Assembly (NCBI GenBank): GCA_963575745.1
Contig: CAUYUJ010000002.1
Span: 1,054,001-1,118,000, forward strand
DNA from: Prorocentrum cordatum
Lineage: Eukaryota
DNA: 64,000 nt
Reading direction: 5' to 3'
In this document: one piece after another, positions 49,570-62,514 of the stretch
Numbering within the stretch: position 1 is the stretch's first letter
Layout: every line of letters starts with the position of its first letter
Position numbers and translations under genes: made by a program
The notes under the pieces: model-generated
Told to the model about the DNA's origin: nothing
Databases searched by the model: none
Seen by the model: only the letters and a program-made list of their open reading frames with translations

Positions 49570-52500
49570 AATTGTTGACGCTTCGCGTATCCCCACCAGC
49601 CCATCCAGAAACGATGCTCAGGGGAGTTGAGGTGATCAGGGAAGTCGGGGAGCATGCAGAATAACAAAGGGCGGGGGAAGCTGTCACAGACCCCGAGAGG
49701 GGGAGGATGGAAGAGGAGTCGTCGTCGTCGTCGTCGTCGTCGGAGGAGGAGGAGGAGGGGGAGAGGAGGAGGAGGAGGAGGAGGAGGAGGAGGACGGAGG
49801 AGGAGGAGAATCGGAGGAGGAGGAGGAGGAGGGGAAGGAGCTTCTTGGGGGTCTTTTGAGGGCCTCTTGGAGGGCTTTTTGGGCGCCTTGGGGCATCTTG
49901 GGCGCCTCTTGGGACCCTCTTGAGGCGCTCTGGGGAGCCTTCGGGGCGCTTTTGGGGCCATCTTGGAGGGAGTCGATCAAACAAGAGGGGGGGTTTAATT
50001 AGCGCCCCCCCTCGGAAGCCCCTAAAATCGCCTCTTGGACCCCTCTTGGAACGCTCTTGGAGTGCTCTTGGGCGCTCTTGGGGCCGTCTTGGGGCTCTTT
50101 TGGGGCTCTCTTGGGGCCCTCTTGGGCCATCTTGGAGCCATCTCCAGGCCTCGGATGGCCATCGGAAGCGAAAAGGCGAGAAAGCAAAAATCATTGATTT
50201 TCCTTAGGTTTTGGGACGATTTTGGCCTCTTCGGGGCCTCCTTGGGGAGCTGTTTGGCCACTTGGAGTTATCTTGGGGCCGTCTTTGGGCTTCTTGGAAC
50301 CATCTTAGGAGCCATCGTGAGCGATCTTGCGCTATCTTGAGCCATCTTGGAGCTCATCTTGGGTTCTCTGAGGCGCTCTTGGAGCCGTCTTGGGCCATCT
50401 TGGGACGCTCTAACTACCCGCGGCCCCCCCCGTCCAGGTCCAGGGGAGGGGGTAGGGGGAGGGGTAAACCCCTCCCCAAGGGGGAAGAGGGAGGGGTGGA
50501 AGAGGATCTGCTCTAGACCACCTAGAGCAGATCCTCTTCCAAGCAGATCCTCTTCCACCCCTCCCTCTTCCCCCTTGGGGAGGGGTTTACCCCTCCCCCT
50601 ACCCCCTCCCCTGGACCTGGACGGGGGGGGCCGCTGGTAGTTAGAGCGTCCCAGATGGCCCAAGACGGCTCCAAGAGCGCCTCAGAGAACCCAAGATGAG
50701 CTCCAAGATGGCTCAAGATAGCGCAAGATCGCTCGAGATGGCTCCTAAGATGGTTCCAAGAAGCCCAAAGACGGCCCCAAGATAACTCCAAGTGGCCAAA
50801 CAGCTCCCCAAGGAGGCCCCGAAGAGGCCAAAATCGTCCCAAAACCTAAGGACCAGCCCTCGGCTAAGGTAGTGGTCTAGAACAGATCCTCTTCCACCCC
50901 TCCCTCTTCCCCCTTGGGGAGGGGTTTACCCCTCCCCCTACCCCCTCCCCTGGACCTGGACGGGGGGGGCCGCGGGTAGTTAGAGCGTCCGGAAGCGAAA
51001 AGGCGAGAAAGCAAAAATCATTGATTTTCCTCAGGTTTTGGGACGATTTTGGCCTCTTCGGGGCTTCCGAGGGGGGGCGCTAATTGAACCCCCCCTCTTG
51101 TTTGATCGATCTCTTCCAAGATGGCCCCAAGAAGCGCCCAGGAAGCCCCAAGAGGTCCCAAGATGGCCCCAAAATGGCCCCAAGAGGCCCCCAAGAGGCC
51201 CCCCGGAGGCCCCCAAGAGACCCCCAAGAGGCCCCAAGAGCCCCCCCAGATGCACCCAAGATGCTCCAAGAGGCCTCGGCGAGAATGCCTAATCATTGAT
51301 TCTACACAGGTTTTAGCCACATGGAGGCCTCTTGGGGGGGGGCACGGATTAAGATGACTCCAAGAGCGTCTGGGAGAGCCCAAAATGACCTCCAAGATGG
51401 CTCAAGATATCCCAAGATGTCTCATAATGGCTTCCTCTGTGTGCTGCCCACTTCTCTGATCGAGGCAATTCCTCTGGGCATCGTTTCTGGATGGGCTGGT
51501 GGGGATTCGCGAAGCGACAACAATCAATGATTTTTGCTTTCTCGCCTTTTCGCTTCCGATGGCCATCCGAGGCCTGGAGATGGTTCCAAGATGGCCCAAG
51601 AGGGCCCCAAGAGAGCCCCAAAAGAGCCCCAAGACGGCCCCAAGAGCGCCCAAGAGCACTCCAAGAGCGTTCCAAGAGGGGTCCAAGAGGCGATTTTAGG
51701 GGCTTCCGAGGGGGGACGCTAATTAAACCCCCCCTCTTGTTTGATCGATCTCCTCCAAGATGGCCCCAAGAAGCGCCCAGGAAGCCCCAAGAGGTCCCAA
51801 GATGGCCCCAAAATGGCCCCAAGAGGCCCCCAAGAGGCCCCCCGGAGGCCCCCAAGAGACCCCCAAGAGGCCCCAAGAGCCCCCCCAGATGCACCCAAGA
51901 TGCTCCAAGAGGCCTCGGCGAGAATGCCTAATCATTGATTCTACACAGGTTTTAGCCACATGGAGGCCTCTTGGGGGGGGGCACGGATTAAGATGACTCC
52001 AAGAGCGTCTGGGAGAGCCCAAAATGACCTCCAAGATGGCTCAAGATATCCCAAGATGTCTCATAATGGCTTCCTCTGTGTGCTGCCCACTTCTCTGATC
52101 GAGGCAATTCCTCTGGGCATCGTTTCTGGATGGGCTGGTGGGGATTCGCGAAGCGACAACAATCAATGATTTTTGCTTTCTCGCCTTTTCGCTTCCGATG
52201 GCCATCCGAGGCCTGGAGATGGTTCCAAGATGGCCCAAGAGGGCCCCAAGAGAGCCCCAAAAGAGCCCCAAGACGGCCCCAAGAGCGCCCAAGAGCACTC
52301 CAAGAGCGTTCCAAGAGGGGTCCAAGAGGCGATTTTAGGGGCTTCCGAGGGGGGGCGCTAATTAAACCCCCCCTCTTGTTTGATCGATCTCCTCCAAGAT
52401 GGCCCCAAGAAGCGCCCAGGAAGCCCCAAGAGGTCCCAAGATGGCCCCAAAATGGCCCCAAGAGGCCCCCAAGAGGCCCCCCGGAGGCCCCCAAGAGACC

Positions 52501-53788
52501 CCCAAGAGGCCCCAAGAGCCCCCCCAGATGCACCCAAGATGCTCCAAGAGGCCTCGGCGAGAATGCCTAATCATTGATTCTACACAGGTTTTAGCCACAT
52601 GGAGGCCTCTTGGGGGGGGGCACGGATTAAGATGACTCCAAGAGCGTCTGGGAGAGCCCAAAATGACCTCCAAGATGGCTCAAGATATCCCAAGATGTCT
52701 CATAATGGCTTCCTCTGTGTGCTGCCCACTTCTCTGATCGAGGCAATTCCTCTGGCCATCGTTTCTGGATGGGCTGGTGGGGATTCGCGAAGCGACAACA
52801 ATTGTTGTCGCTTCGCGAATCCCCACCAGCCCATCCAGAAACGATGCCCAGAGGAATTGCCTCGATCAGAGAAGTGGGCAGCACACAGAGGAAGCCATTA
52901 TGAGACATCTTGGGATATCTTGAGCCATCTTGGAGGTCATTTTGGGCTCTCCCAGACGCTCTTGGAGTCATCTTAATCCGTGCCCCCCCCCAAGAGGCCT
53001 CCATGTGGCTAAAACCTGTGTAGAATCAATGATTAGGCATTCTCGCCGAGGCCTCTTGGAGCATCTTGGGTGCATCTGGGGGGGCTCTTGGGGCCTCTTG
53101 GGGGTCTCTTGGGGGCCTCCGGGGGGCCTCTTGGGGGCCTCTTGGGGCCATTTTGGGGCCATCTTGGGACCTCTTGGGGCTTCCTGGGCGCTTCTTGGGG
53201 CCATCTTGGAGGAGATCGATCAAACAAGAGGGGGGGTTTAATTAGCGCCCCCCCTCGGAAGCCCCTAAAATCGCCTCTTGGACCCCTCTTGGAACGCTCT
53301 TGGAGTGCTCTTGGGCGCTCTTGGGGCCGTCTTGGGGCTCTTTTGGGGCTCTCTTGGGGCCCTCTTGGGCCATCTTGGAACCATCTCCAGGCCTCGGATG
53401 GCCATCGGAAGCGAAAAGGCGAGAAAGCAAAAATCATTGATTTTCCTTAGGTTTTGGGACGATTTTGGCCTCTTCGGGGCCTCCTTGGGGAGCTGTTTGG
53501 CCACTTGGAGTTATCTTGGGGCCGTCTTTGGGCTTCTTGGAACCATCTTAGGAGCCATCTCGAGCGATCTTGCGCTATCTTGAGCCATCTTGGAGCTCAT
53601 CTTGGGTTCTCTGAGGCGCTCTTGGAGCCGTCTTGGGCCATCTGGGACGCTCTAACTACCCGCGGCCCCCCCCGTCCAGGTCCAGGGGAGGGGGTAGGGG
53701 GAGGGGTAAACCCCTCCCCAAGGGGGAAGAGGGAGGGGTGGAAGAGGATCTGCTCTAGACCACCTACGCCCAGAGGGCTGGTGGGATT
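49570..53788. mobile_element. Cluster of CCAAGA-rich Helitron2-like non-autonomous elements (tandem and inverted copies)
   Basis: End A is AATTGTTGACGCTTCGCGTATCCCCACCAGCCC and end B is CCACCTACGCCCAGAGGGCTGGTGGGATT. Contains 639-bp tandem units and a palindrome centred at 52801/52802. Confidence 0.65.
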
Positions 53789-53888
53789 CAACATCGGCAG
53801 GTTGCCCCGCGATGGGCATGCCCAGCAAGTCTGCCAGGTTGATCTCACTGCGGCCAGCGAACATCTTCTTCGAACAGCTCGTCGGCGT

Positions 53889-54869
53889 AATCCCACCAGC
53901 CCTCTGGGCGTAGGTGGTCTAGAGCAGATCCTCTTCCACCCCTCCCTCTTCCCCCTTGGGGAGGGGTTTACCCCTCCCCCTACCCCCTCCCCTGGACCTG
54001 GACGGGGGGGGCCGCGGGTAGTTAGAGCGTCCAAGATGGCCCACGACGGCTCCAAGAGCGCCTCAGAGAACCCAAGCTGAGCTCCAAGATGGCTTAAGAT
54101 AGCGCAAGATCGCTCACGATGGCTCCTAAGATGGTTCCAAGAAGCCCAAAGACGGCCCCAAGATAACTCCAAGTGGCCAAACAGCTCCCCAAGGAGGCCC
54201 CGAAGAGGCCAAAATCGTCCCAAAACCTAAGGAAAATCAATGATTTTTGCTTTCTCGCCTTTTCGCTTCCGATGGCCATCCGAGGCCTGGAGATGGCTCC
54301 AAGATGGCCCAAGAGGGCCCCAAGAGAGCCCCAAAAGAGCCCCAAGACGGCCCCAAGAGCGCCCAAGAGCACTCCAAGAGCGTTCCAAGAGGGGTCCAAG
54401 AGGCGATTTTAGGGGCTTCCGAGGGGGGACGCTAATTAAACCCCCCCTCTTGTTTGATCGACTCCCTCCAAGATGGCCCCAAAAGCGCCCCGAAGGCTCC
54501 CCAGAGCGCCTCAAGAGGGTCCCAAGAGGCGCCCAAGATGCCCCAAGGCGCCCAAAAAGCCCTCCAAGAGGCCCTCAAAAGACCCCCAAGAAGCTCCTTC
54601 CCCTCCTCCTCCTCCTCCTCCGATTCTTCCTCCTTCTCCGTCCTCCTCCTCCTCCTCCTCCTCCTCCTCTTCCCCCTCCTCCTCCTCCTCCTCCGACGAC
54701 GACGACGACGACGACGACGACTCCTCTTCCATCCTCCCCCTCTCGGGGTCTGTGACAGCTTCCCCCGCCCTTTGTTATTCTGCATGCTCCCCGACTTCCC
54801 TGATCACCTCAACTCCCCTGAGCATCGTTTCTGGATGGGCTGGTGGGGATACGCGAAGCGTCAACAATT
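53889..54869. mobile_element. Full about 980-bp copy of the same element, inverted
   Basis: Near-identical reverse complement of 49570-50520 with both ends intact. Confidence 0.75.
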
Positions 54870-55331
54870 CTCGAGGGACATGCTGGTGCTCAAGTATCTG
54901 GCAGCCATGAACTTAGAAACTGCAACTGAGCTGTCGGCAGGGTCGGCTAAACCGCGCCCCCCAATCGACGCGCTGCATGTCCGAATCAGCGCGCGCGAAA
55001 TGCATCGACGGACCTCTGCCCCCCCCAATCGCCCTGAGGGCATTCGCGGCGAACGTGTTGCGTGCTATGGCAGGTATCAAATTCCATTGATTTGCCGTTA
55101 GCATCCTTCGGGTTGCCCCGGCGCCCCTTTACCTTTTCCTGAAGTGCGCCTGCGGTTCCTACCTGCGCCCCGGAACAGCTCTTCGCATTGCGGGCCGGTA
55201 AGGGGCGCCGAGAAAGCGAACGCACCTCTGCCGCGCAGTCGCCGTCGTTTGCCCTTACCCTCGCCTCGACCCTTACCCTGTCCCCTGCGTGCCCGCGGGA
55301 TAGTACGTCGTACCTTGCGAACTGGCTTATT
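54870..55331 (-). pseudogene. Gag C-terminus with GK-rich stretch and degenerate zinc knuckle
   Basis: KPVRKVRR...GKGRGEGKGK...GNPKDANGKSMEFDTCHSTQHVRRECP (CX2CX4HX4C with the first Cys replaced). Confidence 0.7.
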
Positions 55332-56762
55332 TAATCGCTTCGCTCATTCCGCCGGCCCGTCTTGTGCCCTCGCTGGCGTTTGGGCTCCCCGAAGCTTCTT
55401 GCGGGCCTCTAGGGGGCGGCTTCTCGGGAGCCTATTGGAGCTTTCTTGCGGCCTGTGGGGGCCGAGGGGCCGAAATGTTCGTCTAGCATCCTCGTCTGGG
55501 CTTCTCTTGGAGCCGTAGTGAGGCTGTTTTCGGATGTATTGGAGGCGCGTGGGGCCGTCTTGGAACACGCATGGACCGCGCCGAGGTCATCTTTGGAACG
55601 TTGTGGGAGCCTCTGAGGGCCGAGAGCTAGAAGTGTTGTTTGGTGTTCCTTTTGGGGCGTCCTTGAGGCCCTCGTGGGCTGTCTAGGAGGCCTCTTGGCC
55701 TGTCTTGGAGCCCTGTTGGGCAGTCTTGGGGCGCTGTTGGGGAGTCTTGGGCCCCTCTTGGAAGCCTCTCGGGCCGATCTTGTAGCACATCGCTAGCGCA
55801 TGCTTGCGTGCTGGAGGGGTGGGGTCTCCTGAGGGCTTCTGGGGGTCTCTTGGGACCTCTTAGGGGCCTCGTGGCTCCTCTTGGGGGCTTCTTGGGGCCG
55901 ACGGCTGGACATGTTGTTTTGCTTGCTTGCGTGCTGGGGGGTGGCATTTGGGGGCTCTCGTGAAGGCTTCTGGGGTGCCTCCTGGGACCTCTCAGGGGCC
56001 TCTGGGGTTCTCCTGGGGGCTTCGTACGGGCGAAGGCTGGACATGTTGTTTCGCTTGCTTGCGTGCTGGGGGGTGGCATTTGGGGGGTCTCCTGAGGGCT
56101 TCTGGGGGGCCCCTTGAGACCTCTCAGGGGCCTCTGGGGTCCTCCTGGGGGCTTCTTGGGGCCGAGGGCTGGACATGTTGTGTCGTGTTCCCCCCCTGGG
56201 GCCGCTCTTGGGGCGTTCTTGGGGCCCTTTTCGGCCGTCTTGGGGCCCTCTGGGGCCGTTTTGGGGCCATCTTGGCTCGTCGTAAGGCCCTTGTGGGGGG
56301 CTCTTGGGCACTCTTGAAGCGGTCTTGGGGGCCTCTTGGGCCGTCGTCGGGCGTTGGAAAGCGGAAAGGGTGGGAATGCCAAAATCTCACCAAAACCTAA
56401 GGAAAACCAATGAATTGTGCCTATTGGGGCCCTCTTGGGAGTGCTCTTGGAGGCCTCCTGGGGCGTTTGGGGGCCACATGGAGCGCCTTGGAGCGATCTT
56501 GTTGCATCTCGGAGTCCTCTTGTAGCATCTTGGGGGCGTCTTGGGGCGTCTGGAAGCTCTCTGGAAGACCTCGAGGGCGGCACCCAGGAGGGAGAACATC
56601 TCTGACGGGAACCTCCCGGGACCCTCCCGGGAGTCTCCCGGGACCCTGCCGGGGTACTTTTCGTGGGGGGACCCCCAGGGGCCGCCCCGCGCGCGCGAAG
56701 AAGAATATTGTAAAGCAGTCACCGGAGATCCTAGCACGCCTCTGGCCCGTTGGGCCGGCGAA
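55332..56762. mobile_element. Second Helitron2-like non-autonomous element with internal about 122-bp tandem repeats
   Basis: Ends AATCGCTTCGCTCATTCCGCCGGCCC and CTAGCACGCCTCTGGCCCGTTGGGCCGGCGAATT share the inverted core CGCCGGCCC. Removing the element restores the gag frame. Confidence 0.6.
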
Positions 56763-57800
56763 TTCATAAATCGTCTCCACCTGCGTCTGTGTTTCTGATA
56801 TCCTAAGAACAGCCATTGCGCCTGCTGTTCTTCCGTGAGATACGCAGGCATGTCGGAGAAGTCTAGGGCATTCGCCTCGTCGTCCGAAAACGCGTCAACG
56901 TCGGTTCCAGAGCCGAAGTCGGACTCAACGAAATGCCCCGTAGAGCCTACTAGGGCAGTGGTTTGCGTGGGAGCCGCCGTATCCAGCGGCCCCCGAATCC
57001 TGGCCAAGGAGTCTTGCAACCCCGCGGCCGAACCACCATTTTGAATTCATAGCGCGGTGGTTTCCGTTGGTTGCGGTTCGCCGTTCCAGACGTTAGTAGC
57101 AGGCTGCCCTGCATCAACTTCTGCATGGAAGGTCTCGGCACGGTGGCCATGGCTGAAGATGCCACCGATATCACCAGGGGTTCGCTCAGCGATGTGGGCA
57201 TATGATCTCATGCGTTCAAGCAGAGAATCACATTGCTGCTGGTCCCTGCGGTGGTTAAGTTGCTGTTGGAGTTGTTGTGCGCGCGACGTCCCCACTCCTA
57301 AAGCTCTGACCAGAACAACCGCTAGAATTTGAAAGTTGGGGATGTTAAAGCCTGCCGCTTCCGCTTCGTAGCGGGCTATCTCGAAGCATGCCAGAGTCTG
57401 GTCGATCTTTCCTCCCGCATGGATTCGGAAGTCACTGCGAGCTGTACCAGAATTGAGTTGGCGTTCCTCTTCTAGGTTCTCGAACTTCGCGCTTAAGAGG
57501 AACATGCTGTAGGTGGCGCCGTCGGTATGGCGGCCACCTATGTTACACGCCGAAATTGATCACTGCTGGGGGAACTCTCACGGCTATGGTCCGCGCGAGG
57601 CCTCCCGAGCCTCGCTGCAGTGCTGCAACTTGCTGGGAGGGCGTCGTTGTGCCTGTGGCCACGTTGATCAAGGCATGCACCTCGCGAGCGACTCCGCGGA
57701 AAAAGTACCTGGCCGGCCGGGTCCCAAGTGGGGGCCGCTTGTCTTTGCGTCGTCTCCGCCACGCATGTGTCCCACCGCACACCCGATAGCAACCCATACG
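56763..57800 (-). pseudogene. Copia gag (decayed)
   Basis: APTWDP..., QQVAALQRG, FLLSAKFENLEEERQL, FEIARYEAE, YQKHRRRWRRFM; lies directly downstream of the LTR and PBS. Confidence 0.65.
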
Positions 57801-58173
57801 CACCCCAAGATAATCACACCAATCCAATGGCTTCGGAGGTCGTAGTCGGATGTGGTTGGCTGGGGTTTGTTGTGCTTTGTCGTAAACATGCGTGGGGATG
57901 GAGACGGCACGAATTGCATCGCATGTTTCCATGCGTTGAACCTTCGAAATAGTTTCCGATTGGAGTAGGTGGGTGGAGTTCAGGAGTGTAGTACTCGAGT
58001 CAGAGGCCTCTGCGATCGCAGAGGTAACACTGCAAGTGTCCTTGCGGTTGTGCATCGTTATGTACATTCCTCCGCGCAGACCCACTGCACCCTGATGTTC
58101 CACCATGTCAGTAGTCCACCAAATAGTGCCGTGGATGGTGAAGAATAAAGTAAAGGCTGGCCACCAAAGGCCA

Positions 58174-58185
58174 GCGCCACTACCA
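58174..58185 (-). promoter_or_regulatory. Primer-binding site
   Basis: TGGTAGTGGCGC begins 4 nt after the LTR end (TTCA-AACT-TGG). A TGGTAG start is typical of initiator-Met tRNA PBSs such as that of Ty1. Confidence 0.7.
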
Positions 58186-58189
58186 AGTT

Positions 58190-58457
58190 TGAAGGGGGCC
58201 ACTGGACCCGACCAGAAGATACGTTTTAGGCGTAGCACAACTCCAGCTCTGTTGTACCGTATTCGCGATAGTCCCAGTAGCAGGGGATCGTCGCGGGAGC
58301 GACGAGCCATCTCAAGTAAAATATGTTTTGGTCTCGATGGCAAATGGTACGCCTCGCATTGACGTGTAGTCAGATCTGGGCGGCCGGCCGCTTGAACACA
58401 AACGGCCGCGGACACACGCTCTTTACCTCTCGCCTGTATCCCAACTCACTTTAGAGT
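58190..58457 (-). repeat. 5' LTR (outer part truncated by later insertions)
   Basis: Direct repeat of 32251-32518. Confidence 0.85.
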
Positions 58458-58468
58458 GGGGACACCAG

Positions 58469-58612
58469 AAGGTACCGATACCGCTACTCCCCGGACCTCT
58501 CCTGGAGTGCGTTCTGACCAGGATTTCGAGGCGAATCTAGCGGTGGCGACGAGGGCCTCCAAGGAGGCCCAAAAAGGGGAAAACGAGGGAAGGGTAGCGG
58601 TATGGGTACCTT
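58469..58612. mobile_element. MITE homologous to UGPase intron 2
   Basis: TIRs AAGGTACCGATACCGCTAC and GTAGCGGTATGGGTACCTT; the interior aligns by eye with about 19741-19875. Confidence 0.75.
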
Positions 58613-59589
58613 TTCCTCCTTTGAGCTCATACCTGCACGTGGTTGGGTCCCTCGCCAAGCTGATTCTGGTCCGCCCCGCCCAAGACGCGATCCGCCCATA
58701 GAAAGGCCTGCACGCCTGTGCCGCCGAGGAGGCACGGACACGGGTCAACACCGGCAGCGGGTACTTGCCCAGGCTGGTACGATGGGCCTGTTTTCCACCA
58801 CCACCACCGTAAGTTGAAGGGGGGAAAGAGGTTGGTATTGGTCTGAACCGGTGTGGATATGGGCCCTTGTGCGTCCCGGGAAATGCAGGCTCAGCAAGTT
58901 ACGGTTGTGGGGCTGGGTAGTTCCGAGCTTGGGAAGGTACCATGATGCGCCTGTTTTCCACCACCACCACCATGAGTTGGAGGGGGGAAGGAGGTGGAGG
59001 ATGACGAGGAGGAGGAAGAAGACGAGGGGGAGGAGGACCCCTTCCCCCCTCCAACTTATGGTGGTGGTGGTGATGGAAAACAGGCACATCATGGTACCTT
59101 CCCAAGCCTGGAACTACACAGCCCCATAACCGTAACTTGCTGAGCCTGCAATTCCCAAGACGCACAAGGACCCAAATCCACAAAAGGCCAGACCCGTAAA
59201 CTACACCCCCCGCAATTACCCGTAGCAAAAAACAACAGCAGACCCGCAGCTATCCAAATACCGTAACTACAGAGCCCCTTACCTGCCCAGGCCCGCAACT
59301 CCCCAAACCCGCAAAGACCCAACCTGGTACCTACCAAGACCCGCGACTACCTGAACCTTTTAACAAAAAAACGTCCCTACCCTCAACTATAACCATGCAA
59401 AACCACAAGTCCCCAAAGTCAAACAGTTCCCTAAGACACGCAAGTTCCCTAAGACAAGTCCGCGCGAACCAAAAGTCGCGTGAACACAAGTCGCCTAAGA
59501 CACGCAAGTTCCCAAAATCGAAACTGCCCCAAACAATAGCTATCCAAACCCACCACTACCAACGTCCGCAACTTCCCGAGAGCGTAGAT

Positions 59590-59995
59590 GCCCCGACCAG
59601 GGCCTGCCTGGGGCGCCTGTTTGGTGAGCCTGCTTGTGGTGCCTGCCTGGGGTGCCTGCCTGGGATGCCTGCCTGGAATTCCTGGCTAGGCTGCCTGCCT
59701 GCGGTGTCTGCTTTGCGTGCCTGGCTGAGTTGCCTGCGCGGGGTGCCTGCCTGGAGGGTGCCTGCCTGGGGTGCATGCCCGAAGCGCCTGCATGGAACGC
59801 CTGCCTTGAATTTGTTGCTTGGGATGCTCGCCGTGGGCCTGCTTGGCGAGCGTGCGTGGGGTGGCTGCGTGGGGAGCCTGCTTAGGGTGCCTGCGCGGGG
59901 GACTTGCCTGGGGCGCCTTCCTTGGATGCCTGCCTGGGGTGCCTGCATGGAGGGCCTGCATGTGCGCCTGCTTCGGGCGTCTGCCTGAGGTGCCT
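59590..59995. repeat. Degenerate GCCTGCCTGG minisatellite
   Basis: Read directly from the sequence. Confidence 0.8.
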
Positions 59996-61119
59996 GTCTG
60001 CAGCAATACAATGCAATCCAATACGGTCGCTCGTCTGCCAGGGCAACACAATACAATGAAATGGGGCGCACTTCGCATACATGCGGACTCGATTGGACAG
60101 GACACGCGAGAGGACACAATACCATCCCGAGGGCCACATGGCCACAGGAATGCAGGAGGCACGCGTCACGAGACACAGGACACGAACGTACCCTTGACCT
60201 GGCAAAGTCGACCAACTAATCCGGGCCGACTGTAGCGCACCGTGCACCAGCACAACGGCTTGTGGGGATCATGCGCGCACGGAATATTGTGTTGCCTCCC
60301 GCAAGGAACATGATCCCGCGTCCCGGAGAAAGTATTGTATCGTATTGTGTTGATGCGGTTTGCCTCCTGCCTGCCCCTGGGGTGAATATTGCGCCCCACG
60401 AGGAATCTTGTGTTGCATCGCCTCGTTCCAGGACTCCTGTCCCGAAGGCACCAGGCACGCAAGCGCCCCCCCCCCCCCCCCAGACAGCCCCCACGATGGT
60501 TTTCTGACCATGGGCGGCCGGGGGCGCGACCAGAAACATATCCAAAAAAAGGGCCCACCCATGCACAAGCGTGAATACCCCAAAAAAGGCAGGACAAGAA
60601 ATAACACCTTCTTGCGCAGCCACGGAATGTGTGTGTGGTGTGTGCCGAAGCGGGCGCGGCGCCCACATGTGAGCTCTGCAAGTGGGGCTTTCGGTGGAGC
60701 TGCCTAAAGGTCCACGAAACGGGCGTGGAGTGTGCCGAAGTGGGCGCGTTGCCCACATTCGGACAGTGTTTCTTAAGTCTTCGGTGGATATCCGGATGGG
60801 GCCACACATCGTGTGCGGGGTGTGCCGAAACGAGCGTGGGGTCCACATGTGGACGGTGCCTTCGGCGGAGCTTCCTGCAGAGCCCAAAAACACGAAACGT
60901 GTGAGGGGTGCGCCGACACGGGCGGGACGCCCACATGTGGACGGTGCCTTCGGGTGCCTTCGGTGGAACGCCCTACGGGGCCACGAAGCGGTGAGGTTTC
61001 TCCGGGGGCCCTCGGTGCCCCTGGGGCCCTCGGTGGAGCCTCCTACGTGGTCACGAAACGTGTGAGGGTGCGCCAGGACACGCGTGACGCCTACATGTGG
61101 ACGGTGCCCACGTATTTCA

Positions 61120-61640
61120 GCCTGTGGCCCTCGTAGCTCAGGAAGTCGCCCTTGTAGCTATGCTGGTGACTCCTGGAGCTCAGCTGGTGGCCCTGCTACC
61201 TCAGCGGGTGGCCTTCGTAGCTCAGCTTGCGGTACTGTAGCCCGGCCTGTGGCCTTTGTCTCAGCTCGCGCCCCTCGTAGCTCAACATATGGTTTTTGTA
61301 GCTCAGCGCGTGGGCCTCGCAGCTCAGCTGGTGGTCCTCGAAACTCTGCCCTTGGCCCTTGCAATTCAGCACGTCGGCCTGGTAGCTGGATGGGGAGCTC
61401 CCGTAGCTCTTCTTGTGGCCGCGTAGCTCCGACTGTTGCCCTCGTAGCTCGACCGGTGGCCCTCGTAGCTCAGCTGGTGGTCCTCGTAGCTCTGCCAGTG
61501 GTCCTCGTAGCCCTGCTTGCGGCCATCGCGGCCCGATGCCTGGTCCTGGTAGCTCAGCCCGTGGCTCTCGAAGCTCTGGTGGTGGCTATCGTGGCTCAGC
61601 GGCTGGCCCATCGTAGCTCCGCTGGTGGCCTTCGTAGCCA
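61120..61640. repeat. Degenerate about 21-bp tandem repeat (GGCCCTCGTAGCTCAGCTGGT)
   Basis: Read directly from the sequence. Confidence 0.8.
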
Positions 61641-62452
61641 GGAGGTGCAGGTTGTGATGGCACGGCGCCTGGCGAGGAAATTCTCGCACGCCAGCGCGGC
61701 CGTCGCGAAGGCGTCGAGCTCTTCCTTCAGGCTGTGCTCCTCGTCGTCTGCCTACTTGGCCCCCTCTTCATCTACCTCCGCCTCCCCGCGGTCCAAGTCG
61801 GAGTCGTCGGCTGCCAGGTCGTCGCACTCCACCCCTAGTTGCCACGAGGAGACGATGAGGAGGAACCTGAGGAAGATGGGACCAGCGAGGGCAAGTCTGG
61901 CTCTTCCTCGCCTGGTGGCTCTCGAAACTCTTTTTCTTGCTGTCCTATCTCTGCTGCCGGCCCTTCAAAACCAGAAGGTTGGTATCCGTTGATCATGTGC
62001 AGGGCGACCCAATCTCGTAGAAGTACGCGACCCTATTCGTGGCTGTGTTATTCGTTGAGCTGGTTGTGTTGGTCGTGTTGGTCGCACGGGAAATCGTATT
62101 GGTCCAAACGGGTACCCCTACGCCTCTGGGGATGGAGGTTCTGAAGATGGCGTCGGCGTCCCCAATCTCCCGCCACTGGGTGCCTGACCGTACGGCTTCA
62201 CCTCACTGCACTCCGCCGCCGCACGACCATCATCATTGGCGCACTTGGTGTCATATTTGCCAGACCACACCCACGTTTCGCAAGTATCGCGACGCCGTTT
62301 TCGGGCGAGACGGCGTGCATATATAACACCACATCATTATGCTTCGTAGGCTCGTTCGTGCGCTGTAGATGTAGGACCGCCCTGACGTTGGGCACCCCCC
62401 CGATGCCATGGCAGCGCCCTTGCTCCCCCTGCTCCTCCTGCTCCTCCTGCTT

Positions 62453-62514
<62 letters not shown>

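Noticed and set aside
50700..52690. TGGCTCAAG and GCCATCTTGG motifs as spliced-leader relics
   Set aside because: They are part of the low-complexity CCAAGATGGC repeat vocabulary, match at most 9-10 nt, and head no gene.
49425..56583. Many overlapping Pro/Arg/Gly-rich ORFs
   Set aside because: They arise from CCAAGA-rich non-coding repeats and are duplicated with the repeat units.
61640..62410. Coding-like minus-strand fragment with an acidic stretch
   Set aside because: Multiple stops in all frames and no recognisable domain.
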